Sequence record: SRR20825006_960
Direction: 5' to 3' (one strand)
Length of the DNA: 64,000 nt
In this document: in pieces, positions 39,747 to 48,970 of the stretch
Layout of the letters: each line of letters begins with the position of its first letter
How positions within the stretch are numbered: position 1 is the first letter of the stretch
Made by a program: the position numbers and the translations under genes
The notes under the pieces: model-generated
The model's database searches: none
Told to the model about the DNA's origin: nothing
Seen by the model: only the letters and a program-made list of their open reading frames with translations

Positions 39747-40703
39747 ATGAGCAGCGTTAAAGTTTCAATTGTAATCCCAGTCTATAATGCGGAGAACTAC
39801 CTTGCGGAAACACTCGATTCAGTGCTTAGTCAAACGTACCCGAATCTTGAAATTCTGCTCATCAATGATTGCTCAAAAGATTCTTCGTTCGACCTAATCA
39901 AGGAGTACGCGTTGAAGGACGAAAGAATTGTTGTAATTGACAATGAAGTAAACCTAGGACGTTCCCAAAGCAGAAATAAGGCACTCGATCATGCCTCTGG
40001 TGAATTAATTGCGATTCTTGATGCTGACGACGTAGCACTTCCAACGAGAATCGAGAAACAAGTTCTTTTATTAGAGAAAAACCCCGATATTTTTTTAGTG
40101 GGAAGTTCCGCTATCAGAATTGACAGTGCCGGAAATATTGTTGGTTACCACAAGGCGATCACGGACTCAACCGAAATCGGGAACAAACTAAAGGATACAA
40201 ATTGCATTTATCACTCGAGCATTACTTTTAGAAAAACAGACCTGAGGTATCGCGATAAATTTACACTCGCCGAAGATTACGATTTTTATCTCTTATTGCT
40301 TTCTGAAGGAAAACGATTTGCTTGCTTGAGTGACGAGCTCATTAAATACCGTGTTTATCCCGAATCAGCTACGGGTGAACAAGCCGTTTTTATTCGCCTC
40401 TTTGGTGAAAAAGCGAAAGAGTTTTATGCGGAAAGAATAAAAAATGGCAAGGACGAATACGCTCAGTTTTCTCCAGACGATATCTTTTCTATCGATATTT
40501 CTGATAGCGATGACAAGCACATTCTAGAAGCAAAAATGGAGTCGTATTTTAAGCTAAATCAGTTTAAAGAACTCAGAAGTGTTTCGAAACGCTACTTCAG
40601 AAAATTCGGGAGATCCAATCATTTCTTCGTTATCTATTTGTCTTCCTTTTTAGGAGTACGCGGTGTCAATTTCTTGCAAAAACACATCAAACGAAAAGTC
40701 TAA
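39747..40703 (+). CDS. GT2 glycosyltransferase
   Basis: IPVYN, INDCSKD, LDADD and AEDYDF motifs. Confidence 0.92.
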   Translation: MSSVKVSIVIPVYNAENYLAETLDSVLSQTYPNLEILLINDCSKDSSFDLIKEYALKDERIVVIDNEVNLGRSQSRNKALDHASGELIAILDADDVALPTRIEKQVLLLEKNPDIFLVGSSAIRIDSAGNIVGYHKAITDSTEIGNKLKDTNCIYHSSITFRKTDLRYRDKFTLAEDYDFYLLLLSEGKRFACLSDELIKYRVYPESATGEQAVFIRLFGEKAKEFYAERIKNGKDEYAQFSPDDIFSIDISDSDDKHILEAKMESYFKLNQFKELRSVSKRYFRKFGRSNHFFVIYLSSFLGVRGVNFLQKHIKRKV

Positions 40704-40754
40704 CAGAGGAATCAAATTCTTCGTTGGTTCTCAATGAACATCAAACATCTACTC

Positions 40755-40786
40755 AAAAAAAACGCGATCCAATTAGACCGCGTTTC
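40755..40786 (-). terminator. Terminator of the yfhO-like gene
   Basis: Minus-strand RNA AACGCGGUC-loop-GAUCGCGUU followed by a U run. Confidence 0.8.
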
Positions 40787-40812
40787 ATTCATTATTTTGT
40801 TGTTAACCTAGA

Positions 40813-43788
40813 CTACGAAGCCTCGGTAACGTTCTTTTTCTTTTTAAAATCTAGATATCCTAAGAAGATAAACGCAAGGATAAAGATGATACTTCCCACC
40901 AACGCCAGAGTGTTCGACGTGTGATACTTCGGTAAATCAAACTTAAACTCCACTTTGTGCTTACCATTTGGAATTTCAATTCCTCGAAGGAGGTAATTTG
41001 TCTTCAAGATCGGTGTTTCCTTACCGTCAACAAACGCTTTCCAACCTTCTGGGTAATATACTTCAGAGAACACTGCAAATTGATTTCCTTTCACATTCGC
41101 CTCGTATTCAATTCGATTTGGTCGGTAGCTTTTCATCGATACCGTTCCTTCTCCTGAGAATGTATTCGTTTTCAATTTACTTGCTTCAGAAGATAACATT
41201 ACAGCTTCTTCGTTCACCTTAAATTCATTCTCTACACTGTATTGAACAAGTTGTCTAAAAGAATTTACCGTGTCTGCATCCAATGTCAATTGTGGCACCT
41301 CACCTATTTTTCCGTTAGCGTCCATTACCATTGAAATGCGCGTACCTTCTTTTAGTTCAGGTCTGATTCGAATATCAAGTGTATCGGAATTTGGCAGAGC
41401 ATAACGCAATTTATAGCTATTGTAAACTGTTGCCTCGTTAGCTGGTTTTCCGTTCACAAGTAACACTCCGTTTCCAACATTTGCAATTTTCAGCTTGTTT
41501 CCAAGAGCCAGAATTTCCTGATCTGCGTTCTCGTATTTTTCAATTGATTTTACCAACCAAGCATTTCCTTTTTCCGTTTGACGAGGGATTAGATTCGGTC
41601 CTGATTGCCCAGCTTGAATAAAGTACTTCACATTCAACATGTCATATACTTTGGAATTCATATTCGACAAGTGGAAATCCATTACGTTGTTAATGTTTCT
41701 GAGTTTCGCTCCGTGGTATCCACCAAGTGATTTATGGAAATAAGCCGTTTCGCTGCTATTAAACCCACCGCTCAGATCAAAAACGCGGTAGTTCGATTCC
41801 ATATTCAGCGTGTAAAACCTTCTAGAATCAATAAAATTACGTCTTCCAGAACCTTCCAACTCTTCTTCATCAGCTTCTTTGGCTGCTTTCTTTGCTGCCT
41901 GCTCTATCTTCGCTGCCAATGCAGGATTCTGTGCAATTTCCTTCTGAAGGATTTGCTCATCGGCTGCTGATGGATTCATTGGATATTTCATATTCTGAGC
42001 ATCCGCCCAATACCGCTCTTCATCCCCAATATAGGTGTATGAAACGGGCACAACATCGATCATGGTGATAAGCAAAATTCCCAAGCCTAAAACAAAAGAC
42101 GGGATAGATGTGAAAGCAAATAATGCCAACAAAACTCCACCAAAAAAGGCAAATCCCAAAGTTCGATTCATGCTCGAATGGAAAATCTGCTTTCTAATGG
42201 ATTTAAGATTATCGAAATTTGCTTCGTACTGCCCCATTTGCTCATCAATGAAGCTATCTACTTGTTGTCTATTCGACATGTCAATACCATAATTTTTCTG
42301 AACCTCAGCTGGATCAATGCCCGCAAGCTGTCCTTCAATGCTTTTCGCAATTCCGTCTAACTGTCTTCTGTCGGAATCTGACGTATATCCATCGCCAAGT
42401 CCAATAAACTTAACTAAAAGTAGGAAGACGAAAAATCCACCAATTGCTATGGAAAACTGTTTTTTCTTCTCTTTGAATTGCTCTCTGTTTTTGAATAATT
42501 CCGACAAGAATAAAACTCCCAAAACGACAATACAGAGTTCCACTATCATAAGGATAATAGTTACTGTTCTAAACTTATCGTAACCAGGAACGTGATCGAT
42601 GAAAAAATCGGTCAGTCCCATAAAGTTTTTACCCCACGATAACATAACCGCAAGAACAGTGACTACAAAAAGTGGCCACTTAATTTTACTTTTCATGAAA
42701 ATCATTCCTAGAAAAGCAAGAAGTAAAACGATCACCCCTAAATACACAGGTCCCGTTGTCATTGGTTGATCTCCCCAATAAACAGGAAGTCTTTTTAACT
42801 CATTCTTCTCGCTCGAAGAGAAATCTGAATCATCTAAAATATCCTCAAATTGACTTCCACCGAGAGCGAACGTTCCTCCACCCTTTACATTTGGTGAAAC
42901 TAACGTAAATGTCTCTCCTATTCCATACGACCAATTCGTGATATAATCCTTGTCCAATCCTCCGTCTGAACTAACAACCGTTTTTTCTCCAGTTGGCGTA
43001 ATCGTTATATCATTTCCTCCACGAATTGTGTGTTTCGCGTAATCTGACGTTAATCCAATATTCCCGTAGTTCACAAGAGCGGCTATGACAAACCCAACTA
43101 GTAATCCTCCAGTTGTTAATGCAAACGATTTGATTTCTTTATTTTTAATCGCTCTCACAAAGAAATAAACTCCCACTGCTCCAAGTATGAATGCGAAGTA
43201 ATAAGTAACCTGAAGGTGATTGGAGATCAATTCGAAAGTCATAAAAAAGGAAGCCCAGAGAATCCCCCAAATACTCTTGTTCCTATAGGCATAAATGAAG
43301 GCCCCTAGAGTTGGGGCGAGGAAAACCGCTGCGATTGACTTCGTAATATGTCCCGCCTGAATAATGATAATTTCATAACTAGCAAAACTCAGCGCTACGG
43401 CTCCAATAAGCCCAATAATTGGGTTAATTCGAAGAAATAGTGCGAAAATATAGAACCCGATTAAGTGAAGCAAGACAATTCCAAACGGTGCAGGAAAGTA
43501 CTTGAAATACGCATGATATACTTCTTTAAAATAATTTCCGTCGTATTGAACCGAAATTTGAGTGGTAGGCATTCCTCCGAACATAGAGTTCGTCCAAAGT
43601 GGTTCTTCTCCTGTCTGACTGCGATACTCTTCCGTCTCATGGGACATCCCTTTCCATTGCTTGATGTCATGCTGATCTAATGCTAAACCATCGAACTGAG
43701 GTTTGAAAAAAACTGCTGCTAGAATAAAGATAAATCCGATTGCCGCTATATGCTGCCAATTCTTTGCGAAAAATGCCTTTAGGTTCAT
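40813..43788 (-). CDS. YfhO-family (GT-C) membrane protein
   Basis: WTNSMFGGMP, WSYGIGET, GGYHGAKL, FSEVYYPEGW and NYLLRG motifs. Confidence 0.88.
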   Translation of the reverse strand: MNLKAFFAKNWQHIAAIGFIFILAAVFFKPQFDGLALDQHDIKQWKGMSHETEEYRSQTGEEPLWTNSMFGGMPTTQISVQYDGNYFKEVYHAYFKYFPAPFGIVLLHLIGFYIFALFLRINPIIGLIGAVALSFASYEIIIIQAGHITKSIAAVFLAPTLGAFIYAYRNKSIWGILWASFFMTFELISNHLQVTYYFAFILGAVGVYFFVRAIKNKEIKSFALTTGGLLVGFVIAALVNYGNIGLTSDYAKHTIRGGNDITITPTGEKTVVSSDGGLDKDYITNWSYGIGETFTLVSPNVKGGGTFALGGSQFEDILDDSDFSSSEKNELKRLPVYWGDQPMTTGPVYLGVIVLLLAFLGMIFMKSKIKWPLFVVTVLAVMLSWGKNFMGLTDFFIDHVPGYDKFRTVTIILMIVELCIVVLGVLFLSELFKNREQFKEKKKQFSIAIGGFFVFLLLVKFIGLGDGYTSDSDRRQLDGIAKSIEGQLAGIDPAEVQKNYGIDMSNRQQVDSFIDEQMGQYEANFDNLKSIRKQIFHSSMNRTLGFAFFGGVLLALFAFTSIPSFVLGLGILLITMIDVVPVSYTYIGDEERYWADAQNMKYPMNPSAADEQILQKEIAQNPALAAKIEQAAKKAAKEADEEELEGSGRRNFIDSRRFYTLNMESNYRVFDLSGGFNSSETAYFHKSLGGYHGAKLRNINNVMDFHLSNMNSKVYDMLNVKYFIQAGQSGPNLIPRQTEKGNAWLVKSIEKYENADQEILALGNKLKIANVGNGVLLVNGKPANEATVYNSYKLRYALPNSDTLDIRIRPELKEGTRISMVMDANGKIGEVPQLTLDADTVNSFRQLVQYSVENEFKVNEEAVMLSSEASKLKTNTFSGEGTVSMKSYRPNRIEYEANVKGNQFAVFSEVYYPEGWKAFVDGKETPILKTNYLLRGIEIPNGKHKVEFKFDLPKYHTSNTLALVGSIIFILAFIFLGYLDFKKKKNVTEAS

Positions 43789-43915
43789 ATACTTTTAAAT
43801 TTCCGCCTAAGTTAATAAATGTCCCAAACTGTCGGATGATTTCTTTTCAGATATGTTATTTCATCGTTTGGTGAACCTTCTCGACTTTTAACTGTACGGA
43901 CTAAAAAAACCAATT

Positions 43916-44872
43916 ATGATTCGATCAATTCTTTTCGCCGGCATCTTATCAGTTGCTTTTGTTAACACCTCCACTTCAGGAGTTGAGTTAAAACGAATCT
44001 CGAACTGTCATTTTCATTCAAGTGCTGTGGATAGTCAACTGAAAAACAACGAGGCAGTGTACGAATTCCAGCTTCAGTTTCCGAGATTTCAATCTACTCA
44101 TCCATACAACATCCAATACAGCATTGATGGCGTATCTTCGAGCGAACAAATCACAAGTAAAAAACCGCTTACGATAAAAACGACAGCAGGAAAGCATGTG
44201 TTTCAGTTCTATTTGAATGAGAACTACTATGAAATTTACACCGATTCACTTTTGATAAAAGCAAAGCATCGCAGTATCTATCATCTTTATTTTGCCGAAG
44301 CAGAAATTTATCCTGTAATGACGGAAAAGCCAGTTATTTACCTCTACCCTGAGCAAAAAATGGACCTTACTCTTTCCTTGAACATTCGTGGGAAAAATCC
44401 TTTTTACTATCCTGCCTACAAAAATGGTTGGAAGTTCAGTGCTGACCCAAGTGGATTGCTTACGATGGGAGAGAACACCTACAACTATTTATTTTGGGAT
44501 GCACAACAACAAGCAGCAATTAGATCGCTTCCGGAAAGTGGATTTTATGTAGCATCCGAAAATGTTGTTCAATTTTTAGAAGAAAAACTAACCCAAATTG
44601 GTCTAACGAGCAAAGAACAAGCCGATTTCATTACCTATTGGGGACCGAGATTAGTTCAAAACAAACTGAACATGGTTCACTTTATGTTTAACGATGAATG
44701 TGATCAGTTTGCAGAGATTTCCGTTTCTCCGAAGCCCGATCATGTTTACCGAGTATATCTGATTTGGTCTAAAGTAGACAACGTTGGAAAAATGAAACCG
44801 CAAGAGCTTCCAATCTTTGAGAGAAACGGATTCCACGTGGTTGAATGGGGTGGACAAGAAGTGAAACTATAA
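43916..44872 (+). CDS. Exported hypothetical protein (KPVIYLYP family), paralog 1
   Basis: KPVIYLYP, YLFW, DFITYW and VEWGG motifs. Confidence 0.85.
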   Translation: MIRSILFAGILSVAFVNTSTSGVELKRISNCHFHSSAVDSQLKNNEAVYEFQLQFPRFQSTHPYNIQYSIDGVSSSEQITSKKPLTIKTTAGKHVFQFYLNENYYEIYTDSLLIKAKHRSIYHLYFAEAEIYPVMTEKPVIYLYPEQKMDLTLSLNIRGKNPFYYPAYKNGWKFSADPSGLLTMGENTYNYLFWDAQQQAAIRSLPESGFYVASENVVQFLEEKLTQIGLTSKEQADFITYWGPRLVQNKLNMVHFMFNDECDQFAEISVSPKPDHVYRVYLIWSKVDNVGKMKPQELPIFERNGFHVVEWGGQEVKL

Positions 44873-44882
44873 TTGAGATTTT

Positions 44883-45836
44883 ATGAAAGCATTACTCCTT
44901 GGAATTTTATTCTTAACAGCACAATACTCACGCGCAGATAAGCTTTGGGCTCAGCATTTTTGGGTGTCAGGAACTGAAATAGATAGCACGATTTCGGAGG
45001 GTCATGCTGTGTATAAATTCATTGTGAACAATGCCGAAATTTCTCCCAACACCACTATTGATTATTCTATTGATGGTGCCATTTTTCAAGGTAAGTTAGA
45101 TAGCACCCGATCATTTGAAGTTGAAACGACACCTGGGACTCATTCATTCGAGCTCCTTATCAATCGCGAATATCAAGAAGTGTTTATTAACAATCTTGAA
45201 ATTCAAGAGAAGCATCGAACGTCTATTGTTATTAGTTTTCAGAAGGCTTACATTGAAATGAACGTGCGTAAGCCAGTTATTTATCTCTATCCGGAAGAGA
45301 AACAAACTGTTTCGGTTAAACTGGATATCAAAGGTCAGCTCGATTTTTCTTATCCGCCCTACAATGACGGATGGAAGGTAACCGCGTCTCCAGATGGAAA
45401 CTTGATTTGGAATGGAAAAGAACTCAATTATCTTTTCTGGGAATCGTCGCAAACTCTTCGCACCAATGAAACTGACTTCAGTAATGGTACTCTTGTGAAG
45501 CAGCAAGATTTACTCATGTTTTTTGAAAACACTTTAGGAAAGTTTGGATTCACCTCGCAGGAAAAACAAGATTTCATTACCTATTGGATGCCACAAATGA
45601 CGAATCATTCTATTTTGTATATTTGTTATAAGTTCAATGAAGAATGCGACATTTTTGCCGAACTAAACATTCAACCGACGCCAGAACAAGTGCTTAGATT
45701 GTACATGTTTTGGAGTGTTCCTGAAGCCATGCTGCCAGAAGATCAATTTTGGAATGCTCAGGAAATTCCGACTTCGAAGAGAGACGGTTTTACGGTGTTA
45801 GAATGGGGCGGTGCCGAAATTCCATCAAAAAATTGA
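44883..45836 (+). CDS. Exported hypothetical protein (KPVIYLYP family), paralog 2
   Basis: Same motifs; 10 nt after paralog 1. Confidence 0.85.
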   Translation: MKALLLGILFLTAQYSRADKLWAQHFWVSGTEIDSTISEGHAVYKFIVNNAEISPNTTIDYSIDGAIFQGKLDSTRSFEVETTPGTHSFELLINREYQEVFINNLEIQEKHRTSIVISFQKAYIEMNVRKPVIYLYPEEKQTVSVKLDIKGQLDFSYPPYNDGWKVTASPDGNLIWNGKELNYLFWESSQTLRTNETDFSNGTLVKQQDLLMFFENTLGKFGFTSQEKQDFITYWMPQMTNHSILYICYKFNEECDIFAELNIQPTPEQVLRLYMFWSVPEAMLPEDQFWNAQEIPTSKRDGFTVLEWGGAEIPSKN

Positions 45837-45849
45837 GCTACAATGAATT

Positions 45850-46329
45850 ATGAAAGTCCATTTGTTGTCCTTGCTCTCCGTGGTGCTCGTGCTTTCGATT
45901 AAAGCATACGAGACAACTGCGCATGAACAAAACCACGAACGGAGAGTTTCCGTTTTCCAGCAGGACATTACATTAACGAACAGCGACATACTTAACTCTA
46001 TCTCCAGCTTTGACAGCTTAGTGTTGATTTTATCCGAATCAAGTACAGTGAAAGAGCGACAAGTTGGATTTTCAGGTTCAACACCGAAAGAATTTAGAGC
46101 CTACGAAGAATTACAAGATATTGCTTCAGAGGAAGAATTAAATGGACTTTTAACGCATTACTCGCCCATCGTTCGAATTTATGCTTATCGCGCGTTAGTT
46201 ACAAATGAAATGGAGATCGATGCATCATACGAAGAATCCATTTTAAGAGATACAACTGAGGTCAATTGGTTCTCAGGATGTATTTTAAGACCAAGTACAG
46301 TTCAAGACTTGGCAAGTGGAAATCCGTAA
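45850..46329 (+). CDS. Exported hypothetical protein with HEAT-like helix pair
   Basis: Signal peptide; VGFSG...EELNGLLTHYSPIVRIYAYRAL. Confidence 0.7.
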   Translation: MKVHLLSLLSVVLVLSIKAYETTAHEQNHERRVSVFQQDITLTNSDILNSISSFDSLVLILSESSTVKERQVGFSGSTPKEFRAYEELQDIASEEELNGLLTHYSPIVRIYAYRALVTNEMEIDASYEESILRDTTEVNWFSGCILRPSTVQDLASGNP

Positions 46330-46336
46330 AACAACC

Positions 46337-46705
46337 TTACGCCTTCATTGACCTTTTCATTAATCTGTATGTGATAAATGATCCTGTTAAGAGAACAAAT
46401 GCCATTACCGCTCCACCCTGTTCACCATCACCAATTGAAATATGAGCGCCAAACGCAAGTAATACATTAAAGTAAAAGCCAGCGTAAGCAAATTCAACTA
46501 CCCAGTCTTTAAACTTCAGCAATATTGTTAAAACTCCCAATATTTTCAACGTTGCCAAAGGATAAATAATCCATGCCGGAAAATGAAAATTTCCAAACGC
46601 TTCAACGATTGCTTCGTTATTAGAAAAATACATCCACGCTGAAAACAGCATTAATGCGCTAAAAAGGAGTGAGAAAATCCAATGTGTGATTTTAAGTGCT
46701 TTCAT
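46337..46705 (-). CDS. DoxX-family membrane protein
   Basis: Four TM segments; KILG, EFAYAG and AHISIGD motifs. Confidence 0.85.
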   Translation of the reverse strand: MKALKITHWIFSLLFSALMLFSAWMYFSNNEAIVEAFGNFHFPAWIIYPLATLKILGVLTILLKFKDWVVEFAYAGFYFNVLLAFGAHISIGDGEQGGAVMAFVLLTGSFITYRLMKRSMKA

Positions 46706-46778
46706 TTCGATTCAATTTATATACCGTGGTAAATATAAACTTAATTTACTTAGAAGAGCACTACGGAAAAATAAATTA

Positions 46779-47954
46779 CTAGTTTGAACTTCTCGGGTTA
46801 GCGAACATTTTCACTTCCTCTCCTGAGATTGTGTTTCCTCCAAGAATGATCAATCGTTCTACAATGTTTCGCAATTCACGAATATTTCCCGTCCAATCGA
46901 TTTTGCTTAATTCAGATAACGCGTCGCTACTGAAGGACTTTCTTGCAATTCCATGCTCGGCACACACTGTTGTCATAAAGTACTCGGCAAGCATCGGAAT
47001 ATCGTCTCTTCGTTCATTCAACGATGGTACGTGCAAAAGAATTACTGCCAAACGATGATACAAGTCTTCACGGAAATTCCCCTTTTCGATCTCGTCGCGC
47101 AGATTTTTATTCGTTGCAGCGACGATACGTACATTTACTTTGATATCCTTCTCTCCACCCACGCGTTGAATCACGTTTTCCTGAAGAGCACGAAGCACTT
47201 TTGCTTGCGCGCTTGAAGACATGTCTCCGATTTCATCCAAAAACAATGTTCCGCCAGAAGCCATTTCAAACTTTCCCTTCTTTTGTTTTACCGCAGAAGT
47301 AAAGGCACCTTTCTCGTGTCCGAACAATTCACTTTCAATTAATTCAGATGGAATCGCAGCGCAGTTCACCTCAACGAATGCCATTTCTTTTCGATCACTT
47401 AACTCGTGAAGAGAACGTGCAACAAGTTCCTTTCCTGTTCCATTTGATCCAGTAATCAGCACTCGCGCATCCGACGGAGCGACTTTTTCGATCATTTCTT
47501 TGATCTTATTGATTCCGTCAGTTTCACCAATAATGGCAGAACCTTTGAATCTATTTACCGTTTTCTTGAGAACTTTTTTCTCTTCGATGAGCACCGTTTT
47601 ATCGCGTGCATTTCGGATGGTGACCAAAATTCGATTTAAATCCAGGGGTTTTTCAATAAAATCAAACGCTCCTTTTTTAATTGCTTGAACGGCAGTTTCA
47701 ATATTTCCGTGTCCGCTAATCATAATCATTGGTGAATCGATATCGGCTTTCAGTACTTCTTCGAGCACTTCCATTCCGTCCATTTCTGGCATTTTTATAT
47801 CGCAAAAGATGATGTCATAACCGCCGCTTTTGGCTTTTTCGAGTCCTTCCTTACCATTCTCGGCTTCATCCACCTCAAACTCTTCGAATTCTAGAATTTC
47901 CCGCAATGCTCTACGGATTGCACGCTCATCATCAACGATTAAAATCTTGCTCAT
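46779..47954 (-). CDS. NtrC/NtrX-type response regulator (REC + sigma54 AAA+), no C-terminal HTH
   Basis: DIKMP, GSNGTGKE, ESELFGHEKGAFTSA, LDEIG and WTGNIRELRN motifs; 391 aa. Confidence 0.93.
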   Translation of the reverse strand: MSKILIVDDERAIRRALREILEFEEFEVDEAENGKEGLEKAKSGGYDIIFCDIKMPEMDGMEVLEEVLKADIDSPMIMISGHGNIETAVQAIKKGAFDFIEKPLDLNRILVTIRNARDKTVLIEEKKVLKKTVNRFKGSAIIGETDGINKIKEMIEKVAPSDARVLITGSNGTGKELVARSLHELSDRKEMAFVEVNCAAIPSELIESELFGHEKGAFTSAVKQKKGKFEMASGGTLFLDEIGDMSSSAQAKVLRALQENVIQRVGGEKDIKVNVRIVAATNKNLRDEIEKGNFREDLYHRLAVILLHVPSLNERRDDIPMLAEYFMTTVCAEHGIARKSFSSDALSELSKIDWTGNIRELRNIVERLIILGGNTISGEEVKMFANPRSSN

Positions 47955-48079
47955 ACTTTTGGATTTCTACGAAGATAACAATGCGGATTGAAATAGCAGA
48001 TGCAATTAATTAGAATCTCAACCAACGCACTTCAGAAAATGGCTAAAAACGACTCAAACCAACTCGTTTAATGTCGATT

Positions 48080-48967
48080 TTATCCTAAAAGAGCTCCTTC
48101 TTTCAACGAATACGGAGAAATCAATACTTTCTCTGCTCCTATTTTCTCGATGGTCCACTTTACTTTCATGGCAGCGATTGGCAACATTTCTTTACGAATC
48201 GGAGTGATCCATTCATTACTCAGTCGCTCTTCGTAGGTGGAATGAATTGTCCACTCCAAAATTGGGAGAATCTCAGATTTTTTCATCGCAAAAACCTCCC
48301 CATTATGATTGAAGTCTTGCTCTAAAAGCATTTCGTAGAATGTTTCAAAACTTCCAGACGAGCCAATTAAAACTGGGCAACGAAAATCTTCGAGTTTTCC
48401 TGCTTCTTCCTCGTTTAGGAATGAATAAATCTCACGTTCCAATTCATGATTAAATCCTTTTGGTTGATTTAATAGTTGATAGATTCTGGAAACTCCAATA
48501 TCGAGGCTAATTATTTGTTGCGCACCTTCTTTATCGGCTTTAATAAATTCTGTACTTCCACCACCAATATCCATTATTACCGCTGGTTCGTCAAACGAAT
48601 GAACGATTTTGGTTCCGCAGTAGATAAGTTCGGCCTCTTTTTGACCAGAAACTACTTCAATTGTATAACCATACTTATTCTGAACCATTTGAATCAGATC
48701 GCTCGTGTTTCTTGCTTCGCGCAATGCTGAAGTTCCTATGCACCGGACATCAGAAATGCCGTATTCGTCGCAACATTGTTTAAAATGACCAATGGCACTT
48801 ACTGCTCGCTGAATTGCCTCATCTGTTATGAAGCCATGATTAATTCCTCCCATTCCAAGCATAACGGCTTCACGTCTGGTCTCTATGATTTCCACGTTAT
48901 TTCCCGTCACCTTTGCGATGAGTAAATTGAAGGTATTTGTACCCAAATCGATAACTGCTCGCATCAT
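48080..48967 (-). CDS. ppx: Ppx/GppA exopolyphosphatase, short form
   Basis: IDLGTNT, GTSALR, EAELI, DIGGGSTE and SLKEG motifs. Confidence 0.9.
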   Translation of the reverse strand: MMRAVIDLGTNTFNLLIAKVTGNNVEIIETRREAVMLGMGGINHGFITDEAIQRAVSAIGHFKQCCDEYGISDVRCIGTSALREARNTSDLIQMVQNKYGYTIEVVSGQKEAELIYCGTKIVHSFDEPAVIMDIGGGSTEFIKADKEGAQQIISLDIGVSRIYQLLNQPKGFNHELEREIYSFLNEEEAGKLEDFRCPVLIGSSGSFETFYEMLLEQDFNHNGEVFAMKKSEILPILEWTIHSTYEERLSNEWITPIRKEMLPIAAMKVKWTIEKIGAEKVLISPYSLKEGALLG

Positions 48968-48970
48968 TTT

